Positions 1 through 11,934 of a stretch of 34,907 nt of DNA are shown here, one piece after another (positions within the stretch are counted from its first letter, which is position 1; each line of letters starts with the position of its first letter). Both the position numbers and the translations under genes were made by a program. Below the pieces are notes generated by a model. It ran no database searches. It worked only from the letters and a program-made list of their open reading frames with translations, and was not told the origin of the DNA. The stretch lies in the NCBI GenBank assembly GCA_002269645.1, contig NIVC01004796.1:1-34907 (forward strand), written 5' to 3'. The DNA is from Macrostomum lignano. Lineage: Eukaryota.

Positions 1-1087
1 CATGGAATTCTAAGAGTGTATTCTTACTAAATATTCTTTTCATTGATTGATTTCAAAGTTCACAAGGAAGTAAAGTTTGGAAGGCAATAAATTCAATAGA
101 ACTAAGATCTGAGATCTCAAATTACCCAACCTAAGTTTGTATCCCAGGGAAGAAAAATACTTAAAACCAAAAATACAAATATGTAAGAATCTGATATCCT
201 TTAAGTGTTGTCTACTACCTAAAATGATCTTAAAAATGAACATGCTTTGAAATTTTATTTGTAGCCATGTAGCCAGTTAGCTAGCTAGACTGACTGCTCT
301 AAGTGAAAGTAGCAACTTACCTTTGATTGGGCAACATCTCAGTTTACAGGTTTATAGGTAGATTGAACAATTCAAGGCTGGCTAACAATATGTTGCCAAC
401 TTACCCAAAAGTGGTTGGCAAAAGTTAGGATACATGATAGGAACAAGTCTTGCAGCTATTGTCTTGAAACTCTGTGCTTGATCAGCTTTACTTGTGGTTC
501 TCTTTTAAATAAACATAGAAGCATTATGCGGTATGTATTTCTATGGCTAAGAGTATGCAAACAAATGCATGCTGCTTACAATAAAAGCCCTTATAAAAAA
601 TTAGACTCTTGTGCTATAATTAGTATAAAAGCTAAAATAAGCCACTAACTTTTAAGGCATATGATTTTTTAATACATATTAAAACTTTACAAGCAAGCAA
701 AAGTGACATTACAACTAGGATATCCCTTGTAAAATAGTAAAACAGTAGTGTTAAAATAGTTCTTTACCGAAAAATAAAAAGATTAAAATAACAAATAATA
801 ATCATTATTTTTATTATTGATTTTTTACATTGCCTTATGACAATATGATGACAATTGTCACTTTATTACACATTATTTTTTTGAGTAGGCCCAATGTGTC
901 CATCACTGCCTAGAAAATATAAAACACTTATATAAAGATCTTTACCCATAAAGTCAAAGATCTTTATATGTAAAATATATATTATAGGCCTAGTCCAAAT
1001 CTATAAATTGCCAATACTAGGCCAATATAAAAATGATTCTGCTGTAGCAACATTTTTTATTATATTTTCAATGATACAGATATTTAT

Positions 1088-1118
1088 ATTTATATATATA
1101 TATATATAGTTATATATA
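1088..1118. repeat. (TA)n microsatellite
   Basis: tatatttatatatatatatatatagttatatata, in an AT-rich non-coding region. Confidence 0.8.
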
Positions 1119-2199
1119 AAAATAGGCCTAGATAAAAATTTATGAATTATATTAGTCTAGCTGATCCTATAAATAATAGGTTAGGCTTAGCCTAGCTGCC
1201 TAGAAGTCTATGACTCTATGCTAATTAATAAAGTCAAGAAACTGAAGAATTGGTATACTGGATTTGGAACTAATAGACCTGCATTAAATATACCTATGGC
1301 TATAGGCAACTTGCCTATAAGTATAACAAACTAAAATTGCCTAAGCTTAATAGTCCTAATACCAAAGGCAACATCATAATAGGCCTATATTATGGGTGGG
1401 GGTTATTTTTATGGCTAAGCCATAGATATAGCCTGAATACAGTAAATACTAATTTTTTATGGCTGGCCGACGGCCATAGAAATGTCAAAAGTTGTTATAA
1501 TTATGGCTGAGCCATATTATAGCCATAGGCTTATATTATATATATTAACTGGACTGCCTGTCAGTTATTGCTAGTAAATTAATAAAGAAGTAAAAATAAT
1601 GCTTTCTTGAATTTAATAGGGCGTAGGAACTTAGGAAGTATAAATAACAGCAAATAAAAGCATAACATAAAAATAACATACAGCCATCATCTGCCATGCA
1701 ACTCAGTCTTGACCAAAAACGCAACAAAGTTTCAGTTCATTTGCTCCTGTAAAGAAAAGAAGAGAAAATTCTCTAACTTGAGTTAAAACGAAAACAAACA
1801 CTCCAAGTAGGGCACACGGGCCCAAATAGTTATATTGTCTCTTGATAGCACAGTTACCAGCGGACGCTTGAGATGCATTGAGGATGATGAGATCGACTTA
1901 CAACTTGATAAGTTGCGCATGTTTTGAATCATCACATTTTTCGCTTTTTATATGTGATCTCATAAATTTATTAAAATTAAGAACATACTTTTGCCTACGA
2001 ATTCTTCAAACGTTAAGATACGATTTCGCGGCTCTACAAAGTGCGAACTATATAGTTTTTGTTTTAACTGATTACTTTTGCTTAACATTAAGCAAATAAA
2101 GTAATGAGCTACGAATCTTATAACAGGGACTGCCATACTGTTATTAGAAAGACAAGATGGATAGATGGATTTATAGATGGATAGACAGATAGATCTCTG

Positions 2200-3900
2200 C
2201 TTGGGATGAGCTCAAATTGACGCCTGCCGAGCTGAGCGAGGTACATGTAGCATAATCATAATTCTCTGACGGGGGCGAAAGCAGCGCATTCCGCTAAACC
2301 TGGCAGTCGACTCTGACGAGCGCGGGAACGAGCTACATGAGTTTTTCGCCGCCATTGTCAACGCGCCGCTATCCCCGCTGCCAGACAGTCTGACGCTGCC
2401 GCCGGAGATGCCGTTGCCGGCAGAGGAGAGTTTCAGCCTAGCATCAGTCAGCACAGCCGACGTTGTGAGGCTCGCCCAACAGTCACCGGGCGGGTAAGCG
2501 CTGGGTCCGGACGAGGTGCCCATCGAGGCGCTGCGCATCCACTGTGTGGCCAGTGAGGTCGCCAGAGTGATTAATCGCGTACGCTCTTCGGTGAGGATCG
2601 AGGCACCTAACGAATGGACCACGGCGCACATCGTCGCAGTTCCTAAGAAACCGGGCACCACGAGGCTTGAGGAGCATCGAGGTATCTGCCTTCAGTCCTG
2701 CTCTGCGAAGTTGTTCAACCGGATGCTGTTATCGCGGTTGCAGCCCGTGCTGGATCCGTACCTGCGTCCTTGAGCAGATCGGCTTCCGGCCCCATCGCGG
2801 CACAGCTAGTGACGCAGATCAGCTGGCTCTTCGGCGAGTCATCGAGGAAGCACAGATATGCCAGTCGATCCTATTGTTATCTTCATAGATTTCAAGAAAG
2901 CATTCGACTCGGTCGTCAGGTCTGAGCTCCCAAAGGTGCTCCGTGCGTACAACGTGCCAGAGCAGCTGATTTCCGCCATCATGGCGATGTACCGTGATAC
3001 GAAAGCTGCTGTTTAAACACCGGACGGCCTATCGGACTTCTTTAAGACATCCTCCGGGTGCTACAGAGAGATACGCTTGCGCCATTCCTGTTCGTTCTGA
3101 TGCTTGACTGGGTGCTGCGGACCGCTCTTCCTATCAACGACGACAACTTTCTGTTTCTGTTTGCTTGGCTACGCCGACGACTTCGCCCTGCTGTCCTCAA
3201 CTGTCGAGGGCGCCCAGCGACAACTGGACAAGCTAGTTGCTGTTGGGAAAGTGTCGACCTGGTGGTCAACACGTAGAAGACCGTCATGCTCTGCGTGCCG
3301 GACGACATCGAGGCTGCGATTTTGAGACGAGGTGCTGATGGACGGGCAACAGAGCTTCCGCGTTGTCAGCAGTTCGTCTACCTCGGCGGTCTGGTTCCCG
3401 CGGCGTGTGCGAGGATTTGCAGCGTCGACGCGGGCTTGCCTGGGCTGCCTTTCGTTCTGTGAGGGCAGTCGTGCAGTCCGAGGCCTTACCTGACCGCCAG
3501 AGGGCGGCGTCGTTCCAGGTGGTGATCGAGACCGTCCTGCTGTACAACGCCGAGACCTGGACGCTGACGGAGTAGCTCGAACAACAAGTTGACGCGGCGC
3601 ACGCTGGCCTGCTGCGCGCCGCCTTCAAGATCGGCTACGAGCGAGTGGACCAACGCGGCTTTGTATCACCGCGCCGGCCTGGTCCGTCCAAGCGGCGACC
3701 TGTTGCGCCGTCGGCGACTCCAGCTGGCAGGCCAAATCATCCGCGCCGAGTCGTACTGCCCAGAGCCGGTGCAGGAGGTGCTGCTGCTAACGCTGCAGTC
3801 ACCCTACCGGCGGGGGTAGGCGCGCACTCGGCGTTTCGTCGATTTCCTGCTGGCTGACGCCGGCGCCCCGGATTCGGCCGGCGGCGTGGCGTTCATTCGC
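2200..3900 (+). mobile_element. 5'-truncated, decayed RTE-like non-LTR retrotransposon (reverse transcriptase pseudogene)
   Basis: RT motifs are spread across frames: (K>stop)ALGPDEVPIEAL, EWTTAHIVAVPKK, RGICLQSCSAKLFNRMLLSRL, EQIGFRP, FIDFKKAFDSV (~2880), G.LQRDTLAPFLF, LGYADDFALL, VLLYNAETWTLT, LLRRRRLQLAGQIIR. There are several stops and frameshifts and no endonuclease domain. A GATA/GATG simple repeat precedes it at ~2155-2195. Confidence 0.9.
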
Positions 3901-4685
3901 GACCTGCCCGTGACGCCAATCGCGTATTCTGTTGTTGCATAACCATCATAAACTTCCTCTTCGCAAAACAGATGGGTGGGAAATCTGCTTGCAGCTATTA
4001 GGGTTACTATCTATGACATGGGCATACTTGTCAAATGTACAAGTAGTCTAAGGAGCTTTTATCCTCATAATTTTTGCGACAATTCAATCAAATGGAAACG
4101 ATGAACTAACATAGAAATATTTTCAAATTTGGGTCTTATGGTCGGATATTCTATATAGGTTCTTAATTAAAAGCATGTGAGGCATTATTTTTTCCAAACT
4201 TTACTGATCAAATATCTGTAATGTTGAAATAAAGATGGGTAATATTATGCACTTATGTGACATGAAAGTGCCAATTTTCCGTGAACTAAGGTGGATCTGC
4301 AGCTGCATGATGCATGCGTGACAAGGACTTCTCTCAAGTACTCAAAGCATGGTTTGTGCGTTCGTACGTGATGAACGTGCATTCAATGTGGGGTGCAGAC
4401 CACATATACGATCAGCGCCTATGCGGGACAGCGACCCTAAATGTAGCTGTACATATATGCAAAATTTAAGTTTTTTACTAATTCACTACTCACAAAATCG
4501 CAAACATCTCAAGACAAGCCTGGTGTTGCGTTGATATATATATAGGGAGCACATCCGGATCGACATGCGTCAGGCTAAGGGTTTTTTTAAACGAATAATG
4601 AAAGTAGAACCGTTATCACATAGGGCCTCAAATACGAAATTGACTCTTTAAATAGCGCGTTTCCCATATCCATTAAAACTGCTTT

Positions 4686-5366
4686 TCAGACAATATGATC
4701 CATGTAGATCAGCAGATGGTCGGCAAAGCCCACAACTTTCTCCAAGTACGGGGCGTCGTACTTTGCGTAGAAAAAAATAGGGAGCTTTGTGAAACCAGCC
4801 TTGTTGGCAAACGGCATTAGACAATCGTCTTTGTCGCTTTCTACAATCCCCATAAAGCCGCGATCATTGTCGCAGTCGCGATCATCGAACTTGTGGATGT
4901 AAAACGTCCTGTTGGAGGAGCTGCTGCGGTTGTGTCCAGCGATGCTGAAATGAGCGAATTTCGGCGCCGAGCGGCCGTTGTTGTACATCCAAAACGGGAT
5001 GGTGTACAGGAGCCGCTCCGGACTGAACCAGTTGGAAGTATTCAGCCCGGTCTTGTCGCTAACGTCAAACCACGCCGAAGCTACTCGGTTGGCTTTCTGC
5101 CGCAGTTCAACCACAATGATATCGGCGTTGTACTGCAGCAGAGCGTTGCTCAGGTCGTCCAGCAAGGCAGAGCGGTAAATTGTTTCAATTTTTGTTGCGT
5201 TGGTCCGATTCCCGCTCGCAGCGCCGTCACCGTAGAAAAATACCGTCGAAGGTTCTTCGTCGGTACCGCCCTCGGCCGAAAACAGCACCATCTCGGGCTT
5301 GGCTGAAAGGGGTGGAGTATATTTAAAACTTTGCGCGGTAACACATTCCAGGATGTTGCTTCCTGT
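4686..5366 (-). CDS. Terminal exon of an uncharacterised, probably extracellular invertebrate protein
   Basis: 228-aa ORF with a TTG 'start' that overlaps an acceptor (aagttgcag|acagga), so it is probably an internal or last exon. The motif string YRS.LLD, NWFSPERLL, FSIAG, RTFYI, C.NDRGFMGIV, C, PIFFY, ADHLLIYM resembles an unnamed domain I recall from marine invertebrate proteins. Upstream exons are unresolved. Confidence 0.7.
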   Translation of the reverse strand, partial: TGSNILECVTAQSFKYTPPLSAKPEMVLFSAEGGTDEEPSTVFFYGDGAASGNRTNATKIETIYRSALLDDLSNALLQYNADIIVVELRQKANRVASAWFDVSDKTGLNTSNWFSPERLLYTIPFWMYNNGRSAPKFAHFSIAGHNRSSSSNRTFYIHKFDDRDCDNDRGFMGIVESDKDDCLMPFANKAGFTKLPIFFYAKYDAPYLEKVVGFADHLLIYMDHIV

Positions 5367-6272
5367 CTGCAACTTTTGTGCCGGTAGTTCATTTCTTCTT
5401 TTTTCATTATTTTGTTATCTTCAATTATTCTTCGCTTCAAGGATGCATTCGCTGTATTAACCTTTAAATTTTTCAATTGAATTCCGGTGCAATATGACAA
5501 TGCTTAATATTTTTTATTAATATTCCATAACGATGTTAATTCATTTTTATGAAATGAAATGACGGATTTTATTGCTTTTGTTCTCACATTTACAATTTAC
5601 TCACTTCATAAAACACATTGTATACCAACAAACCAAATTATACTTTAAACTATGTTTCTCGTTACTAATCTGTTCCATGCAATAGTACGTACGTCGTTTC
5701 ATGCAATAGTTTGCTTTTTCTTTTACTCAAGTTCAACAATTTCATAGAAAATATTCGTCTAGACTCATTAGACTACAAAGATTCAGTAAACAAAATGACG
5801 CAGTTTCTTTCGTATTGGCCAACCAGCTCAGGCTGTCTTCTCTAGCTGAGCCATTGCACTTCATTACTACTACTGTCTCCAGACTTGCAACCAGAAAACT
5901 AACAAACTTCAATCCAATATATGCATACACGCGCATTACTCACGGAAAGCAAGTGTCGCCACGGCAGCGCTGATGAGAAGGACGAAAGGTGGAATAGTTG
6001 ATCGCGCATCATTTTTGTTGCCTTGACAACTCCACACTCATGCCTAATGCATTTGCGTTAACATTTATAGCTCAAACGCGTGGGATAGAATCTTGTCTGA
6101 GAGCTTTGTTTTTGTGACATTTGCCATAGAGATAGCTACATATTCTTTGACCGGGCCACTCAATCAGTCATAAGATTATAACCATGGATGAAGGAATACA
6201 CTGGATTGCTCATCTGAAATAGTCTATGGTCGAGTTCTTTCCTCCAAACTTGGAATTTACCCCCCTAGGAAT

Positions 6273-6947
6273 CTATTGGCTGATGAAAGTTAAAAATAAT
6301 CCCCTGTAGGACGTGATTGGCTGCTGAATCAGTCTATCAAATACATCTTTGGATTTCCCTCAAATTTTCAGCAGCTAGACATGCTTGTAGGTAGAAAAGC
6401 CTAAATAAAGCATCACGCTGTTGCCTGCGGACGTCTCACCAGCCCTGATCATTAATCACAAAGAGACTGGAATGGGCGACCGGTCTGAGCCTTAACTGGT
6501 TTTGTTTTTTATTTAGCAGCGAGGGTTGAAATTACGTCTCCTATTGCTGTCAGGGATAATCCTCTTGGGCAAGGATTTTCCTCTTTAACACTAAGGTTGA
6601 AGTGATAACGAATGTTACCGATTTCAAACGACCACTGTATCGTTATCGGAGCAGTACATAATTATTAAGATGCCGATTATTAATACAGCTAGCTCTAGGT
6701 GCATAAAATTCCAAAATTATGAATTCTTGATTATGGTCGCTGCCACCAGTCCAATGTTCCTACTATTAAGATGTAAATATAGAGTTAACAGGTAACACAG
6801 AGACACAGAGACAGAGACATACTGCTACAATATTCTACGAAAACACTCAAAGTCAAACTCACACCCCGATCTTCGAATTCCCCCTGACTGATTCAGCAGC
6901 CAGTCAAGTCCTACAGGGAATTATTTTTAACTTTCATCAGCCAATAG
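6273..6947. mobile_element. Putative MITE/foldback element with ~62-bp terminal inverted repeats
   Basis: 6273-6334 (ctattggctgatgaaagttaaaaataatcccctgtaggacgtgattggctgctgaatcagtc) is the reverse complement of 6886-6947 with about 3 mismatches. The ~550-bp interior has no ORF. Confidence 0.6.
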
Positions 6948-7599
6948 CAACTCAAACACACACTCACACAGGGTCTTCGAATTCGAATTGATTTCGACAA
7001 GAAGCTCTAGTCAAACTTTGCACACTTCGTGACTTTGTTAAACAGAAAGGTTTCATCTTTTATTGCATTTCTTGGAAAAAAGCACGACTAAAAATCGCAC
7101 GAACAGCCACTGAAGTTATAAATTAAAATAGTCGATAATAGTACCGTGACTATGGCTTTAGAGCTATTATTATGGTAGATTAAATTAACTGATTGCACAA
7201 CACAAATTTAGTAACCTAATATGGATTTAAAGGTACCAAAGCATTCTGCGCCTTGGAAATGCCTTTGCGCGAAAAGTGCAATAGTACGAAGTAATTAGAA
7301 TAATAAATTGAAATTCGCTTTGGGAACTGTGCGAGCATACGCTACAAAGGCACAAAGTACAGGGACAATGAGCGTGGATCCAAGGCAGGGGGAAGTTTTA
7401 ACCGCGCAATATTTGAACCCGTTGAAAAAATCCTAAATTCAGAGACAAAACGCCTGAAAGAATAGCAAAGATAAAGACCCCTGGGACCCAATTGGTTATT
7501 TTTCTTAACTCTGTGGCATTCAAAGCTCATTTTGGCTACTTGATGCTTCGGTTTGTTCCACAAGGTGAGACTGTGTCTGGTTCCGAATTTAGACAATTA

Positions 7600-8793
7600 T
7601 TGATTTTTGTCTATGGTTCCAGAGTTAGACAATGGTAGATTGTGTCTATGGTTCCGGAGTTAGACAATGGTAGATTGTGTCTATGGTTCCGGAGTTAGAC
7701 AATGGTAGATTGTGTCTATGGTTCCGGAGTTAGACAATGGTATAGATTGTGTCTATGGTTCCGGAGTTAGACAATGGTAGATTGTGTCTATGGTTCCGGA
7801 GTTAGACAATGGTAGATTGTGTCTATGGTTCCGGAGTTAGACGATGGTAGATTGTGTCTATGGTTCCGGAGTTAGACAATGGTAGATTGTGTCTATGGTT
7901 CCGGAGTTAGACAATGGTAGATTGTGTCTATGGTTCCGGAGTTAGACAATGGTAGATTGTGTCTATGGTTCCGGAGTTAGACGATGGTAGATTGTGTCGA
8001 TGGTTCCGGAGTTAGACAATGGTAGATTGTGTCTATGGTTCCGGAGTTAGACGATGGTAGATTGTGTCGATGGTTCCGGAGTTAGACAATGGTAGATTGT
8101 GTCTATGGTTCCGGAGTTAGACGATGGTAGATTGTGTCTATGGTTCCGGAGTTAGACAATGGTAGATTGTGTCTATGGTTCCGGAGTTAGACGATGGTAG
8201 ATTGTGTCGATGGTTCCGGAGTTAATGGTAGATTGTGTCTATGGTTTCGGCGTTGATGTTAGATTGTGTCTATGGTTTCGGCGTTGATGTTAGATTGTGT
8301 CTATGGTTTCGGCGTTGATGTTAGATTGTGTCTATGGTTTCGGCGTTGATGGTAGATTGTGTCTATGGTTTCGGCGTTGATGTTAGATTGTGTCTATGGT
8401 TTCGGCGTTGATGTTAGATTGTGTCTATGGTTTCGGCGTTGATGGTAGATTGTGTCTATGGTTTCGGCGTTGATGTTAGATTGTGTCTATGGTTTCGGCG
8501 TTGATGTTAGATTGTGTCTATGGTTTCGGCGTTGATGGTAGATTGTGTCTATGGTTTCGGCGTTGATGGTAGATTGTGTCTATGGTTTCGGCGTTGATGT
8601 TAGATTGTGTCTATGGTTCCGGAGTTAGACAATGGTAGATTGTGTCTATGGTTCCGGAGTTAATGGTAGATTGTGTCTATGGTTCCGGAGTTAGACAATG
8701 GTAGATTGTGTCTATAGTTCCGGAGTTAGACAATGGTAGATTGTGTCTATGGTTTCGGAGTTGATGTTAGATTGTGTCTATGGTTCCGGAGTT
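7600..8793. repeat. Composite minisatellite, 35-bp and 31-bp units
   Basis: Unit A tagattgtgtctatggttccggagttagacaatgg (35 bp) flanks a block of unit B tagattgtgtctatggtttcggcgttgatgt (31 bp, ~8230-8610). Confidence 0.97.
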
Positions 8794-9046
8794 ACGTGGT
8801 ATTCAGTAGATAGTGTCCATTGTTCTGGAATCATACTGTACGATACGACACGGATATGCTTTACTGATTCCATGTACTTTTCCGAGGCAATTAAAATTTT
8901 GAGGCTGTTGTGCTGCGCAGTTGCGGATCGCTTCGAGTATCGCTTGTTTCTAAGAACAAAGAGAAGCAATCCGTCGCGGACTACTTAAATTTTTCTGCAT
9001 TAGCGGTGCATGGGACAGACGTGCAGAGCACATATTTACGATCTAC

Positions 9047-9616
9047 TCAGAGCAACCAGCGAAAGTCCCGTTGAACCCAAAGCACATTATCTGGCCAGGT
9101 TAGGGTCCACCCCTGATTCAATTGTGTTTTCCCGTCTACAGAGTGGGCCGTGTAGCCGTGCGAGTTGAAGAAAGCCAGGACATCGGCGGAGTCCGTGCCC
9201 GTGAGGTGCCTGCTGAGCCACTCCATCTGGACGGCCGCCACTTTCCTGTCTTTGAAGAGGCGGCCGGCCGTGCGCAGGAAGTCGGCCTCGCCGCCTTCGG
9301 CGTCCAGCTTCAGCAGCACCATCCGCGTGGGCACCAGCTGGACGAGCTGGTCGGCGGCCAGCGGCATCACCTCCACGGGGTCGGGCACCGAGCGGGCGAA
9401 CTTGGTGGCGCCGCCGATGTTGCAATCAGCTGGATAGTTCAGCCTGGCCAAGCGGCTCCTGTCGGAACTGATGAAGCTCCACAGGAGGCTGACGGAGCCG
9501 TACGGAGCGGCAGAGCTGCTGGCTGATGGTGACTCGGACGGGTTCGCCGACGTAGCTTCGCGCAGGGCCATGCGAACTCGCATCAGATTGCGGGCGTTGG
9601 CGTCCACGGCGATCAC
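9047..9616 (-). CDS. FkbM/Methyltransf_21-family methyltransferase, coding exon 3 (last)
   Basis: Acceptor cctccacag|GTG at 9617, phase 0. Carries the motifs VIAVDAN..N, LLKLDAEGGE (family KIDVEGxE) and QMEW. Stop at 9047. Confidence 0.88.
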   Translation of the reverse strand: MIAVDANARNLMRVRMALREATSANPSESPSASSSAAPYGSVSLLWSFISSDRSRLARLNYPADCNIGGATKFARSVPDPVEVMPLAADQLVQLVPTRMVLLKLDAEGGEADFLRTAGRLFKDRKVAAVQMEWLSRHLTGTDSADVLAFFNSHGYTAHSVDGKTQLNQGWTLTWPDNVLWVQRDFRWLL

Positions 9617-9685
9617 CTGTGGAGGAGGTTGAAGATCAAGCTCAAGTTCAGGTATATTTATTTCTAAATGCCAAGTTTTTTACAT

Positions 9686-10200
9686 TCTTCTTCTTCTTTA
9701 CAGTAGCTGTCATGGCCGTGGGCGCGCCCATTCATGCACCAGCTTCCTCCACCACTGCCTGTCCTTTGCTGCTCTTCTTAGCCTCTCCATTTGTCCACCC
9801 GGTCCATTCTTTCAGGTCATCTTCCCACTGTCTTTTTGGTCTTTCTCTTCTTTCTTTCACCCTCCATTTTTCCTTGAATACAGACATCTGCCATGGCTCC
9901 CTTTCTTGTCTGATGTCCGTAATATTTGAGCTTTCTCCGCTTGATGATCGCCTCCAAAGATCCTGGTTCCTTTCCCAATACCTCCGTAACTTTTCTCTAA
10001 ACCCAGGCATTTGTCTTTTTCTCTTTCCGTGAAAAACTTCTTCTGTAAGATTTCATTTCAAACGGTTTGAATGTCTCCATAATTTTCTTCCCAGAGTCCA
10101 GCTCTTGCACCCATGTGACCGCCTTTGTAATCTTAAGGCGATTCTTCAAATTGACTCCTTTGAGCCGCCAAAGTTCCTCAAGCCTTATCATTTCTACATT
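9686..10200 (-). mobile_element. Decayed 3' fragment of an RTE-like retrotransposon inside FkbM intron 2
   Basis: Residual RTE C-terminal motifs LWRLKGVNLKNRLKITKAV, FEMKSYRR and RERPKRQWEDDLKEWTG, ending in a (GAA)n tail at ~9686-9698. Frameshifted. Confidence 0.7.
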
Positions 10201-10229
10201 ACTGTAAGTAGAAATGCTCGACTATTTAC

Positions 10230-10604
10230 CGGGAAACCCAGCGCCGCCGCCTGCAGCGTGTAGGTGCCAATGTTGCAGCCGATATCGATCAGCGTAGCGT
10301 TGCCAACGCCAAGGCGCAGCAGGCGGTCTAGCAGCGGCGCAACCAGCGACTCCTCCCAGGCGTGATCAGCGACCAGCTTCTCGGTGATGAAGTCGCCTCC
10401 CGTGTGGCCCCAGATGGGAACTCGGCGCGGCGCTGGTGAGCCTGCCGCAGGTGATGCAATTCGCAGCCAGGTTCGGACGCTGCTTTTGCGAAGTCGGCGC
10501 TGCAGCCAGGCGGGCGGGTCGGACAGGCGGCACAGCGGGAAGCCGCCGCCCGGCAGGTGTTTGTACAGCCGGACACCGTCCAGACAGACGGCCGAGTGGT
10601 TGTC
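10230..10604 (-). CDS. FkbM-family methyltransferase, coding exon 2
   Basis: Branch-like gactaat, acceptor ctttccag|GAC and donor CCG|gtaaat, all phase 0. Contains DFITEKL...AWEE and SAM motif I LIDIGCNIGTYTL. Confidence 0.88.
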
Positions 10605-10739
10605 CTGGAAAGCCACATTTTCAAAGTTCATTAGTCACGTGATGATCTAGCCACACGTGTTAGTTGCGCCAGCCCTGCTTGTTCCCTCGGTTAGTAGAAG
10701 GAGTTTGATATTTCTCAGCGCAATCTGATATCTATATAA

Positions 10740-11110
10740 TCTGTATATAATCTACCTCAATTCATATCTAATCTACCTCAATTCATATCCAATCTACCTT
10801 AATCCATATCGAATTTATCTCAATTCATATCTAATCTAACTCAATCCATATCCAATCTACCTCAATCCATATCTAATCTATCTCAATTCATATCCAATCT
10901 ACCTTAATCCATATCGAATTTATCTCAATTCATATCTAATCTAACTCAATCCATATCCAATCTACCTCAATCCATATCTAATCTATCTCAATCCATAGCT
11001 AACCTACCTCAATCCATAACTAATATACCTCAATCCATATCTAATCTACCTCAATCCATATCTAATCTAACTCAATCCATATCTAACCTTAACCTGCATC
11101 TAATCTATTT
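10740..11110. repeat. 21-bp minisatellite (atatccaatctacctcaatcc) in FkbM intron 1
   Basis: Tandem 21-mers, with a 105-bp (5-monomer) block duplicated at ~10785-10995. Confidence 0.93.
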
Positions 11111-11934
11111 CAATCCGTATCTATTACTAATACCTACTAACCATTACTCGTATCCGTTGTTTTTGTAAAGATTAATAGAAACGTTTAAACAAAAAAAACA
11201 ATTACTACTGAAACCATGCTTTCTAGCCTAGATATCTATATATGCAGATATCGCGAAGAACGAGCACCCCCAGCGAGCCTTGGCATCTCAGCAACTCCAC
11301 CATGACCCTTTGGCATCTCAATAACTCCCCCGCCATTTATCCTTTGTCATTTATTTGTCATTTATCCTTAGGGCCCTGCGCACTGTAAAGGCGAAAATGC
11401 GACTATTGCATATTCAAAGAGCCTTTGGCAATCAAAGGCAATCGATTATCCAGCAATAAACAACAGCTTGAATGCTTCCAAAGAGATTAGGCAGTCATGC
11501 ACAGATTCTAGCGCAGATTCCCTGTTTTAAGCAAAGCCACCCCAAGGCAGGTGTAGGCAGGACTCTGCTGGCGGTCATTTGCAACAGGAAAGAGCAAAGG
11601 AGGGTAGGAACACAGCCCTGTGCCGGTCGGTTTGTTTAGCAACACAAGCGCAGGGCAGCACAGAATGAGGCGAGCCTTGTTTAATTTGTGAGGCATTTGA
11701 CTGTTTTCAGATACTGCATGCTGAAACCATGCTTGACTAGCTGTGTTTTGCAGACTTCACAGCTACAGTATAATAGGTAAAAAAAGGGTTAACAGTTTAG
11801 CCTGTAAATCCTGTAACTTCACAGTTGTAACATATATCAAGACGCAGCACAAGTACTGCTGACGCAAAAATCATATCATGCAACCCAGGGTTGGGAATTT
11901 TGGCCGAATAGTTCTTCCGAATTCTTACCGAAAC

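Noticed and set aside
1-2150. Short ORFs and small palindromes (tatggctaagccata, ttgccaac...gttggcaa) in the AT-rich left end
   Set aside because: There is no coding signature, and the hairpins are too short to call an element.
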